Origin: an uncultured Actinomycetota bacterium
Lineage (GTDB): Bacteria; Actinomycetota; Acidimicrobiia; Acidimicrobiales; Bog-793
DNA: 64,000 nucleotides
NCBI GenBank assembly: GCA_963769255.1
Contig: CAVYKV010000002.1
Coordinates: 448,942-512,941, forward strand
Reading direction: 5' to 3'
In this document: positions 49,327-60,973 of the stretch, piece by piece
How the letters are laid out: every line of letters starts with the position of its first letter
Numbering within the stretch: the first letter of the stretch is position 1
Notes under the pieces: generated by a model
The model's input: only the letters and a program-made list of their open reading frames with translations
What the model was told of the DNA's origin: nothing
The model's database searches: none
Position numbers and translations under genes: made by a program

Positions 49327-50541
49327 GTGGCCCTCGTCGTGCAGAAGTTCGGTGGCACCTCCGTAGCCGATGCCGAACGCATGCGGGCCGTCGCCGACCA
49401 CGTCGCCCGCACGAAGCGTTCCGGGGACGACGTCATCGTCGTCGTGAGCGCCATGGGGAAGACGACCGACGACCTCCTCCGACTCGCCCACGACGTCTCC
49501 AAGGTCATCCCGGGCCGGGAGATGGACATGCTGTGGACGGCCGGGGAGCGCATCTCCATGGCGCTCTTGTGCATGGCGCTCGCCGAGCGGGAGGTGCCGG
49601 CCGCCTCCTTCACGGGGAGCCAGGCGGGCATCATCACCGACGACCTGCACATGAAGGCCCGCATCATCGAGGTGCGGGGCGACCGCATCCGGGAGGCGCT
49701 CGCCGCCGGCTCCGTACCGGTCGTCGCCGGATTCCAGGGCGTCTCCGTCGGGCGCGACGTCACAACGCTCGGCCGCGGCGGCTCCGACACGACCGCCGTG
49801 GCCCTCGCCGCCGCCCTGCACGCCGACCGCTGCGAGATTTACACCGACGTGTCCGGCGTCTTCTCCGCCGACCCCCGCATCGTGCCGACGGCCCACAAGC
49901 TCGGGCGGCTCTCCTTCGAGGAGATGCTGGAGATCGCCGCCACGGGTGGGCGCGTGCTGGCGTTGCGATCCGTCGAGTTCGCCCGAAACCACCACGTCCC
50001 GCTCATCGTCCGCTCCTCGTTCACCTGGGAGCCGGGGACGCTCATCACCGAGGAGGATCCCGAGATGGAACAGCCGGTCGTCTCCGCCGTGACGAGTGAC
50101 ACCTCGTCGGCCAAGATCACCCTGTCGGGCGTGGCGGACCGTCCGGGGATCGCGGCGCGTCTGTTCCGGGGCCTCGCCGAGCGATCCGTGAACGTCGACA
50201 TGATCGTGCAGAACATCTCCCACGACGGGACGACCGACATCTCCTTCACGGTCCCGAAGGACGACGTCAAGGCCTCCCTCGAGGCGGCCGAGGAGATGCG
50301 GCCCTCCCTCGGCGCCGTCTCCGTCGTCGCCGACGAGGACGTCGCCCAGGTCTCCCTCGTCGGCGCCGGCATGAAGACCCACCCCGGCGTCACGGCCACG
50401 ATGTTCGAGACGCTCGCCTCCTCCGGCATCAACATCGAGATGATCTCGACCTCGCCCATCCGCATCTCCTGCATGGTGCGGGCGGCCGTGGCGGAGAAGG
50501 CGGTGCAGGCGCTGCACGAGGCGTTCGAGCTCGCCGGGTGA
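49327..50541 (+). CDS. lysC: aspartate kinase
   Basis: [17 protein letters not shown], two ACT domains; TAGCTT -10 seven nt before the GTG. Confidence 0.97.
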   Translation: MALVVQKFGGTSVADAERMRAVADHVARTKRSGDDVIVVVSAMGKTTDDLLRLAHDVSKVIPGREMDMLWTAGERISMALLCMALAEREVPAASFTGSQAGIITDDLHMKARIIEVRGDRIREALAAGSVPVVAGFQGVSVGRDVTTLGRGGSDTTAVALAAALHADRCEIYTDVSGVFSADPRIVPTAHKLGRLSFEEMLEIAATGGRVLALRSVEFARNHHVPLIVRSSFTWEPGTLITEEDPEMEQPVVSAVTSDTSSAKITLSGVADRPGIAARLFRGLAERSVNVDMIVQNISHDGTTDISFTVPKDDVKASLEAAEEMRPSLGAVSVVADEDVAQVSLVGAGMKTHPGVTATMFETLASSGINIEMISTSPIRISCMVRAAVAEKAVQALHEAFELAG

Positions 50542-50591
50542 GGTGGCGTGATGGGTCGGGGTTTCTTCTGGGCTGGGGCCTGGTGAGGTGA

Positions 50592-51771
<1,180 letters not shown>

Positions 51772-51820
51772 GCGGGCGACGTGGTCTGCTGTCACAGATC
51801 GCAGCACGGTCGTGGCAGAC

Positions 51821-53332
<1,512 letters not shown>

Positions 53333-53393
53333 CTACCACATGAGCGGCGCCGAGTAACCCTTGCCCGGCGGCCCAGGCGTAGGCTGACGGCCC

Positions 53394-54839
53394 ATGTGGC
53401 AACAGCGGGCGGTCGTTCTCCGGCCCCTCGGGGTCGGGGAACGCATCGACGCCGCTATCAAGATCGTGCGGCGGAGCCTGCTCACCTTCGTCAAGGCGGC
53501 GATGGTCATCGCCATCCCGGCGGCGATCATCGACGGCGCCATCTCGCTCAGCATCTTCTCCGCCGTACAGACAGCCCAACCTGTCATCAACTCGAACGGC
53601 CTCGTCACCGTCAACAACGTCACCTCGTCACTGCAGACGATCTTCGGCGGTCTCGCCGCCCTCGAGTTCGTCACGCTCGTCGCCGGCGCCCTCATCACGG
53701 CGATCGCCGTGCGCGTCGTGGCCGACGCCTACCTCGGACACCCGTCGAATTGGCGACAGGCGCTCGGCTACGGCGCACGGCGATTCGGTTCGGTGCTCTG
53801 GATCCAGTTACTCATCCTTCTCGCCATCGGCGTGCCGGCGGCCGTCGTCGGTGTCGTCGTCGCCCTCCTCGCCAACCTCGGCTCCGGAGGCGCTGTGCTC
53901 GGCGTGCTCCTCGGCCTGGTGGCGGTCGTCGGCGTCATCTGGTTCTGGGTGTCCGCCTCCCTCGCCGTACCGGTCCTCATGACCGAGAACATCCGGGGCT
54001 GGAAGGCAGTGCGCCGCTCCGTCGGACTCTGCCGCAAGAACTGGTGGTCGACCTTCGGCACGCTCCTGCTCGCCTTCCTGCTGCTCCTCATCGGTACGAC
54101 GATCCTGCGACTGCTCATCGACTTCGTGATCGGTCTCGCCGGGGGCGGCAACGTCGTGCTCGCCATCGAGGGCGCCGTCGTCTCGCTTCTCACGACGATG
54201 CTCTTCGTGTCGTTCGTGGCGGCCGTCCAAGTGGTCATCGCCATCGACCTCCGGGTCCGCAAGGAGGGCTTCGACATCCAGCTGCTCGCCTCCCAGATGG
54301 GCGTCGCCCCGACGGCGTCGGCCCTCTCCTTCCTCTCACCGCCGCCGGGGGCGCAGGGCTGGGGCTACGGCGGCTACCCCGCGCCCGGTTACGGGGGATA
54401 CCCACCTCCGCCGGGCGGGTACCCGCCCGGCGGCGGCCCCGCCGCACCGCCACCGGGGGTCGGGTACGGCTCTCCGCAGCCTGGAGGGGCACCGCCTGCA
54501 CCGGGTGGTTGGGAGTCCGTGGCACCAGGGTGGAGCCAGCCCGTCCCGCCGGGCCAGTATCCCGGCTACCCGCCCGGCCAGTACCCGCCGCCTTGGAACC
54601 AGCAGCCGCCGGCCTACCCGCCGCCCCCGGGGCAGCCGCCCATGCCGCCGGCCTACCCGCCGCCCTACCCCTCGCCCACGCCAGACCGTCCCCTCCCGCC
54701 CTTCCAGCCGCGCAACGCCGAGCCACCCGGCACCTCCACGCCGGAGCAGCCGCCGAAGAGCGAGGGCGAGGGCCTGACCGAGCCGCTCCCACCGGAACCA
54801 CCACCCGAGGCGGGCCCCGGCGAGAGCGCCGGGAGCTGA
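53394..54839 (+). CDS. integral membrane protein with Pro-rich tail (MoxR cluster)
   Basis: LRPLGVGERIDAA, multiple TMs, DLRVRKEGFD. Confidence 0.85.
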   Translation: MWQQRAVVLRPLGVGERIDAAIKIVRRSLLTFVKAAMVIAIPAAIIDGAISLSIFSAVQTAQPVINSNGLVTVNNVTSSLQTIFGGLAALEFVTLVAGALITAIAVRVVADAYLGHPSNWRQALGYGARRFGSVLWIQLLILLAIGVPAAVVGVVVALLANLGSGGAVLGVLLGLVAVVGVIWFWVSASLAVPVLMTENIRGWKAVRRSVGLCRKNWWSTFGTLLLAFLLLLIGTTILRLLIDFVIGLAGGGNVVLAIEGAVVSLLTTMLFVSFVAAVQVVIAIDLRVRKEGFDIQLLASQMGVAPTASALSFLSPPPGAQGWGYGGYPAPGYGGYPPPPGGYPPGGGPAAPPPGVGYGSPQPGGAPPAPGGWESVAPGWSQPVPPGQYPGYPPGQYPPPWNQQPPAYPPPPGQPPMPPAYPPPYPSPTPDRPLPPFQPRNAEPPGTSTPEQPPKSEGEGLTEPLPPEPPPEAGPGESAGS

Positions 54840-54856
54840 ACGACACCCTGGCACGC

Positions 54857-55537
54857 ATGCTGCCGCCGCCCCTGAGCACGTCTTCGAGCTTCTCCTCGAC
54901 CGCCCGCCGTCAAGCGGCCCACATCCTCTCGCAGCCGCCCTTCACGTCGCGACCCACGCGGTCCCTCGACCCGCTCGGCGGCGTGCTCCACACGGTCGGT
55001 CGGTGGATCCGCGATGCTCTGCGACCACTCTCCTGGCTGTGGGACCACATCTCGTCTTCCCTGCACGGGGTCTTCGGGTCCTCCACCGCCTACGTCCTCG
55101 GAGCGTTCGGTGTCGCCGTCGGCGCCGGCATCGCCGTCCTCCTCGTCCGTCGCCGCTCCCGACACTCACCCGCCGAGGCGGTCACGCTCCGGGTCACCGA
55201 GCGGGAGGACGCCTCCGTCCTCGAGCGGGCCGCCGCCGAGGCCGAGGCGGGGGGCGATTTGGATGGGGCGGTGCGGTTGCGGTTTCGGGCCGGCCTCGCC
55301 CGCCTCGAAGCTGCCGGCATCATCGCCAGCCGCCTCGTCACGACGACGGACCAGGTCCGCCAACGGTTACGAAACGACACCTTCGACGACCTCGCCCACT
55401 CCCACGAGACGATCGTGTACGCCGGCCGGCACGCCTCCGCCCGCGACGCCGCCGAGGCCCGGGAGCGGTGGCCGCGCCTCCTCGACGACCTACGGCACAC
55501 CGAGGGGGAGAGCACGGCCGGGAGCTCCGCGGAATGA
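54857..55537 (+). CDS. DUF4129-like protein
   Basis: TM then AAAEAEAGG...AVRLRFRA...T..Q...VYAG. Confidence 0.75.
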   Translation: MLPPPLSTSSSFSSTARRQAAHILSQPPFTSRPTRSLDPLGGVLHTVGRWIRDALRPLSWLWDHISSSLHGVFGSSTAYVLGAFGVAVGAGIAVLLVRRRSRHSPAEAVTLRVTEREDASVLERAAAEAEAGGDLDGAVRLRFRAGLARLEAAGIIASRLVTTTDQVRQRLRNDTFDDLAHSHETIVYAGRHASARDAAEARERWPRLLDDLRHTEGESTAGSSAE

Positions 55538-56739
55538 CCCTCGCGGCGACCGGCACCGCCACGCCGAGCGCCACGGAGCGGTGGCGCCGCCTGCCGCTTC
55601 GTTGGCGCGCCGTCGTCATCGCGTTGGCCGCCGTCATCGCCATCTACTTCGCCTCCTCCCTCGTGAGCGGCGTCTACGAGACACCGACGACCACGCCGAG
55701 CGGCCCGTCTTCCTCGCTCGACACCTCGTCGGAGGGAACGGCGGCGTTGGCGCGCCTCCTGGCCGGCGAGCACGACCCCGTCGCCTCCCTCACGGTCCCG
55801 CTCCCGGACGCCTCCCTCCCGAGGAACGGCACGCTCTTCGTGCTCGACCCCGCCGGATCGCTCACCCCGTCCCTCGGCCCCCTCGAACGGTTCGTGTCCG
55901 GCGGCGGACGACTCGTGCTCGGCGGCGAGCAGCCGCAGTCCACCGTGCGAGCGCTCCTCGGCACGGCGGCGGCACCCCTCTGGGAGCCAGGCTCCAGCGG
56001 TACTGCGCACCCGGTCGACGCCGGCCCCCTGAATGCCGGCATCACCACCGTGTTGGGCGGCCAGAGCGGCGCCTTCAGGGCGCCGGCTCCCCCTGGGCTG
56101 AGCGTGGTCCTCCTCGGTCCGGGCGGCGCCCTCGCCCTGGCGGCGAGCGTCGGGGCTGGATCGGTCGTGCTCCTCGCCTCCACGGTACCTCTCCAGAACT
56201 CCCAGCTCGCGGAGGCCGACGACGCCGCCTTCGGCCTCGATCTCGCCGGCTCCCCCGGCACGCCTGTCAGCTTCGACGAGTACGACCACGGTCTCGGGCG
56301 GGCCGGCACCGGCCTCGACGGGCTCCCCGGCCACTGGAAGGCCGCTCTCGTCCTCGCCCTCCTGGCGGCGTTGCTGTGGGTGTGGTCGGCGGGGCGGCGT
56401 TTCGGGCCGGCGCAGCGTGGCGAGCGCGAGCTCATCCCACCCCGCGTCGCTCACGTCGACGCCATGGCGTCCCTGCTGGCGTCCGGACCCGTCGAGCGGG
56501 CGGCCGAGGCGGCGGCCCCTCTGCGGGAGGAGGCGCGCCGCCGCATCCGGCGCCGCCTGCGGGCCGACGCCGACGCCACCGACGAGCAGCTGGCTACCCT
56601 GGCCGCCGTCGCGGCGGACGTCCCGCTCGGGCCGGAGACGGTCGCCCGCCTGCTCGGCACCCCCCGCTCGGCCGGCGAGCTCGTGGCGGCGGGACGGGCC
56701 TTCGTGGCCCTCGAGAACGAGGAGGACGGCCGCTCATGA
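55534..56739 (+). CDS. DUF4350-like membrane protein
   Basis: GT.ALARLL, GGRLVL, FDEYDHG, RRFGP; ATGA coupling. Confidence 0.8.
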   Translation: MTLAATGTATPSATERWRRLPLRWRAVVIALAAVIAIYFASSLVSGVYETPTTTPSGPSSSLDTSSEGTAALARLLAGEHDPVASLTVPLPDASLPRNGTLFVLDPAGSLTPSLGPLERFVSGGGRLVLGGEQPQSTVRALLGTAAAPLWEPGSSGTAHPVDAGPLNAGITTVLGGQSGAFRAPAPPGLSVVLLGPGGALALAASVGAGSVVLLASTVPLQNSQLAEADDAAFGLDLAGSPGTPVSFDEYDHGLGRAGTGLDGLPGHWKAALVLALLAALLWVWSAGRRFGPAQRGERELIPPRVAHVDAMASLLASGPVERAAEAAAPLREEARRRIRRRLRADADATDEQLATLAAVAADVPLGPETVARLLGTPRSAGELVAAGRAFVALENEEDGRS

Positions 56740-57695
56740 CGGAGACAACCCCACCGGGCACGACGATGTCGCGACTGCGGGCACTCCTCCACGACGAGGT
56801 GTCGAAGGTCGTCGTCGGGCAGGGGCACGTCGTCGACTCCACGCTCGTGGCCATCGCCGTCGGGGGCCACCTGCTTCTCGAGGGGCCGCCCGGCGTCGCC
56901 AAGACGCTGCTCGCCTCGGCGACGGCGCGGGCGCTCGGGATGGCTGACCGCCGCATCCAGTTCACGCCCGACATGCTCCCCTCGGACGTCGTCGGCACCC
57001 TCACGCTGCGCGGCAACGAGCTCGTCTTCCGGCCCGGTCCCGTCTTCGCCAACCTCGTGCTCGCCGACGAGATCAACCGCACACCCCCGAAGACGCAGGC
57101 GGCCCTCCTCGAAGCCATGCAGGAGCGCACGGTCACGGTCGACGGCGTCCAGCACCCGCTGCCCGAGCCGTTCACCGTCCTGGCCACACAGAACCCGATC
57201 GAGTACGAGGGCACCTACCCGCTGCCGGAGGCACAGCTCGACCGCTTCCTCATGAAGGTGGCGGTCGGCTACCCGTCCGCCACCGACGAAGCCGCCCTCC
57301 TCCGTCTCCGCCACTCCGGCGTCTCCCCGGTCACCCTGGCCGACGTCGTGCCGATCGCCTCGGCGACCGACCTCCTCGCCGTCCGCGCCGAGGTCGACGC
57401 CGTCGCCGTGCACGACGCCATCGTCGGCTACGTCGCCACCCTCGTGCGCCGGACCCGCGAGCTCCCGAGCGTCGCCCTCGGGGCGAGCCCGCGGGCAGGG
57501 GTCCACCTCCTGGCCGCCGCCAAGGCGTGGGCGTGCGCCGCCGGGCGCGCCTACGTCATCCCGGAGGACGTCGTCTCCCTCGCCGTGCCGGTGCTCGGGC
57601 ACCGCCTCCTCCTCACGCCGGAGGCGGAGATCGACCGCTTCACCCCGCAGGCGGCCCTCCAGAACGCCCTCTCGAGCGTTCCCATCCCCCGTTAG
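56736..57695 (+). CDS. moxR: MoxR family AAA+ ATPase
   Basis: EGPPGVAKT, RIQFTPD, ADEINRTPPKTQ, ATQNPIEYEGTYPLPEAQLDRF. Confidence 0.96.
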   Translation: MTETTPPGTTMSRLRALLHDEVSKVVVGQGHVVDSTLVAIAVGGHLLLEGPPGVAKTLLASATARALGMADRRIQFTPDMLPSDVVGTLTLRGNELVFRPGPVFANLVLADEINRTPPKTQAALLEAMQERTVTVDGVQHPLPEPFTVLATQNPIEYEGTYPLPEAQLDRFLMKVAVGYPSATDEAALLRLRHSGVSPVTLADVVPIASATDLLAVRAEVDAVAVHDAIVGYVATLVRRTRELPSVALGASPRAGVHLLAAAKAWACAAGRAYVIPEDVVSLAVPVLGHRLLLTPEAEIDRFTPQAALQNALSSVPIPR

Positions 57696-57706
57696 CCGCG
57701 ACCACC

Positions 57707-59029
57707 ATGGCCGAGGGCGAGTTGCCGGGCGAACCCGATACCCCCACGCCCGCCCGGGCGGGGAGGGCGAGCCGGCCCACCCGCCTCGTGGCGCTCGTCG
57801 CCGCCGGCCTCGCCGTCCTCTCCGCCGTCCTCCCGCTGCCCGCCGCCCTCCCGGCCCTCCTCGGGGCCGTCCTCGCCGGCGCCGTCGTGGCCGACTGGGC
57901 GATGGCCCGCCGGCTGCGACCGAGCCTCGAACGCCACGTCGCCCCGACGGTGGCGCTGCGCTCTCCGGTCCCCTACGAGGCGGCGGTGGGCGGACTCGAG
58001 ACGGCCCGCCGCCTCCGGCTGCGCCAGCCGGCGCCACCCGGCCTGCATGTCGACCCGGCCGAGGCGCCCACCCGGCGCCTGCAGGGGAGTCTCACCGGCT
58101 GGCACCGAGGCGTGCACGAGCTCGGGGCGGTGCTGGCGCGCACGACGGGGCCCCTCGGGCTCGCCTCCGTCGATCACGTGGCGGGCGGGCCTGTCTCCGT
58201 CACCGTCCTCCCGGACCTTCCCCGGGCCCGCAGGCTGGCCGCCGCCAGGCGGCGGGGCCGCGCCGGTGACGAGGGCCGCGCCCGGGCTCGCCTCGGCCTC
58301 GGGACCGAGTTCGAAACGATCCGCGACTACACACCCGACGACGACATCCGGCAGGTCAACTGGGTGGCGACGGCCAGAGTGGGCCGCCCCATGGCCAACC
58401 AGTACCGCATCGACGAGAACCGCGAGGTGCTGCTCCTCGTCGACGCCGGCCGGCTCATGGCCTCGCCCATCGGCGACCTCACCCGACTCGACGTCGCCCT
58501 CGACGCCGTCGCCGTGCTCGCCGTGGCCGCCGAAGAGGCGGGCGATCGCGTCGGGACGCTCGCCTTCGACGCCCGCGTCTCCAGGCAGTTGGCACCGGGC
58601 AGGCGCAACGCCGAGGCCGTCGTGCGGGCCCTCTTCGACCTCGAGCCGACGGAAGTCGAGAGCGACTACGAGCGGGCGTTCCATGCCGTCGGACGGCACA
58701 AGCGATCCCTCGTCGTGCTCTTCACCGACGTCGTCGACGAGGCCGCCAGCCGCAGCCTCGTCGACGCCGTGCCCATCCTGCTGCGGCACCACGCCGTGCT
58801 CGTCGCCAGCTCCCTCGACCCGGATCTGACAGCGATCATGTCGCAACCTCCCGCCGACGTGGGCGGTGTGATGCGGGTGGCCGTCGCCGCCGACGTCCTC
58901 GCCAGCCATGCTCGCTCGGTGGCGGTGCTCCGCCGGCTCGGTGCCGACGTCGTCGAGGCGTCGCCCCTCTCGCTCGGCCCCGCCTGTGTCCGCGCCTACC
59001 TCAGGCTGAAGGAACGGGCCCGCCTCTAG
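57707..59029 (+). CDS. DUF58 (vWA-like) protein
   Basis: GTEFETIRDY..DDDIRQVNW.ATAR, VDAGRLM, LFTD. Confidence 0.92.
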   Translation: MAEGELPGEPDTPTPARAGRASRPTRLVALVAAGLAVLSAVLPLPAALPALLGAVLAGAVVADWAMARRLRPSLERHVAPTVALRSPVPYEAAVGGLETARRLRLRQPAPPGLHVDPAEAPTRRLQGSLTGWHRGVHELGAVLARTTGPLGLASVDHVAGGPVSVTVLPDLPRARRLAAARRRGRAGDEGRARARLGLGTEFETIRDYTPDDDIRQVNWVATARVGRPMANQYRIDENREVLLLVDAGRLMASPIGDLTRLDVALDAVAVLAVAAEEAGDRVGTLAFDARVSRQLAPGRRNAEAVVRALFDLEPTEVESDYERAFHAVGRHKRSLVVLFTDVVDEAASRSLVDAVPILLRHHAVLVASSLDPDLTAIMSQPPADVGGVMRVAVAADVLASHARSVAVLRRLGADVVEASPLSLGPACVRAYLRLKERARL

Positions 59030-60041
59030 GGCTTCCGAGACCACTTCCGAGGCCACCGGGGCGCGCCGGCGAGAGGGGGCGGCCCCCCTCGGCCGGACCG
59101 GCCCTTCGGCCCCGCCAGGCGACCAGCCCCCAGAAGGGCACGGCGAGCCCCAGGCCGATGGCGAAGGCCACCGGCGTCGCGAGGTCCCAGGGCGTCACGA
59201 TTCCCTCCGTGCAGGCGGCCACGAGGAGGAACAGGAAGGAGGCGACGATGGCGGTCGCCACGACGGGCATGGCCGCCGAGAGCGCTTCGGCTCTCGTGAG
59301 CGTCCCGGGGTCGATGAGCGCCTTGGCGATGCGAAAGCCCACGGCGCCGGCGATCGTCACGCAGGACAGCTCGAGGAGGCCGTGCGGGACGGTCAGGCTG
59401 AGGAAGCTCCCGAGGCCGCCGGCGCGCCACTCGAGCGCCCCGAGGACCCCGACGAGGACGCCGTTGTAGGCGAGGAACCAGGCGGTCACGATGCCGCCGG
59501 TGAAGCCCCCGGCCATGGCGAGCACCGCCACGAGCAGGTTGTGCACCCAGATGTACCAGACGAGGCCGCCCCTCCCGGCGAGAGCCGTGCCGTAGAAGCC
59601 ACCCCGCGTGTGGGACGCCACCTGCACCGTCGAGGGCAGCAACCCGGCGGCGGCGGCCGGCTGCAGGGCGCCCCAGAGCACGCCGAGGGCGAGGGAGCCG
59701 ACGAGCACGGCAGCCGACAGCGCCAGGCAACCGTGCAGCTGTCGGATTCGCCGCCACAGGCCCCTCGAGAGGAACTCGCCGAAAGTGCCGGACGAGTCGG
59801 CCTTGGCGTAGACGACCTGGTTGGCCCGCACGACGAGGCCGTGGAGCCGCAGCGTGCCGGCCGCCTCCGGCCAGGAGCGGGTGGCAAGAGCCAGATCGGC
59901 GGCGGCCGAGCGGTAGAGAATCCCGAGGCGGCGCACCTCGTCGCCCGAGAGGCGGTCCGGGCGGCCCTTGGCGGCGTCCACGAGCAACTCGAGCTCTGCC
60001 CAGGCGGCTGCTCGCTCCTCGACGAAACGGTCCGCCTGCAT
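59001..60041 (-). CDS. SpoIIM-like membrane protein
   Basis: YR.AAADLA, HN, NG..VG, PHGLLEL, EG.VTP. Confidence 0.9.
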   Translation of the reverse strand: MQADRFVEERAAAWAELELLVDAAKGRPDRLSGDEVRRLGILYRSAAADLALATRSWPEAAGTLRLHGLVVRANQVVYAKADSSGTFGEFLSRGLWRRIRQLHGCLALSAAVLVGSLALGVLWGALQPAAAAGLLPSTVQVASHTRGGFYGTALAGRGGLVWYIWVHNLLVAVLAMAGGFTGGIVTAWFLAYNGVLVGVLGALEWRAGGLGSFLSLTVPHGLLELSCVTIAGAVGFRIAKALIDPGTLTRAEALSAAMPVVATAIVASFLFLLVAACTEGIVTPWDLATPVAFAIGLGLAVPFWGLVAWRGRRAGPAEGGRPLSPARPGGLGSGLGSPRGGPVPSA

Positions 60042-60059
60042 GCTCTACGTTGTCACAGC

Positions 60060-60878
60060 GTGGAGTTCGAGGACCGCCACGTCACGGCGACCCCGGAAGG
60101 GATCCGCCTCGACGTCGTGCTGGCGGGCCTCGGATCCCGTCTCGCCGCCTACGCCTTCGACATCTTCGTGCAGGCAGTCGCCCTCATCGTCTTCCTCGTC
60201 GTGCTCTTCCACCTCTCGGACTCGGCCTCGGCGTCCACGGGGGCGCTCGTCGACGCCGGAGCCATCTCGGGCTTCTCCCTCCTCGACTTCATCGGCTACT
60301 TCATCGTGTCCGAGCTGTTCTTCCACGGCCGCTCCCCCGGCAAGCGGCTGGCGGGCCTGCGGGTCGTGCGGACGGACGGGCAGCCGGTCGGCGTGCTCGG
60401 CAGCACGGTGCGCAACGTGCTTCGGGTGGCCGACTTCCTGCCGGCCTTCAACGCCCTCGGGTGCCTCCTCATCCTCGCGACGACTCGCAACCAGCGGCTC
60501 GGCGATCTCGCCGCCGGCACGATCGTGATCCGCGAGCGGGTCGCCGCCGAGCGCACCCTCGGCGCCCAGTCGTGGTCGAGCGGCGCCGGCTTCGCGGCGC
60601 CGGCGGCCGTTTCCGGCTACTTCCCGCCTGCCGGGACACCTGGCCCGCTCCTACCGCCCGACCTCGCCCACTGGGACGTCAGCGCCGTGCCCGCCCAGGA
60701 GCTGGCGCTCGCCCGCGCCTTCGTCGCCAATCGGGCCGGCTACACGCCCGAGGCCCGCGCCCGGCTCTCCGTGGAGCTCGCCGGCCGCCTCTGGCCCTAC
60801 GTCGCCGGGCCTGTCACGCCGCCGCCGGCGGAAGCCTTTGTGGAGATGGTCGTGCAGGTGAAGGCCGCCCGAGGCTGA
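60060..60878 (+). CDS. RDD family protein
   Basis: TPEGI, SRLAAYAFD, GRSPGK...LRVV, QRLGDLAAGTIV. Confidence 0.92.
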   Translation: MEFEDRHVTATPEGIRLDVVLAGLGSRLAAYAFDIFVQAVALIVFLVVLFHLSDSASASTGALVDAGAISGFSLLDFIGYFIVSELFFHGRSPGKRLAGLRVVRTDGQPVGVLGSTVRNVLRVADFLPAFNALGCLLILATTRNQRLGDLAAGTIVIRERVAAERTLGAQSWSSGAGFAAPAAVSGYFPPAGTPGPLLPPDLAHWDVSAVPAQELALARAFVANRAGYTPEARARLSVELAGRLWPYVAGPVTPPPAEAFVEMVVQVKAARG

Positions 60879-60973
60879 AGCCGCCGGGCAGCGCGGCATC
60901 GTCAGGGGCAGCGTGGCGACGACGGCGCCGGCGATGAAGAGGCCGGCCAGGACGGCCGTCCAGTCGAGCGTGC

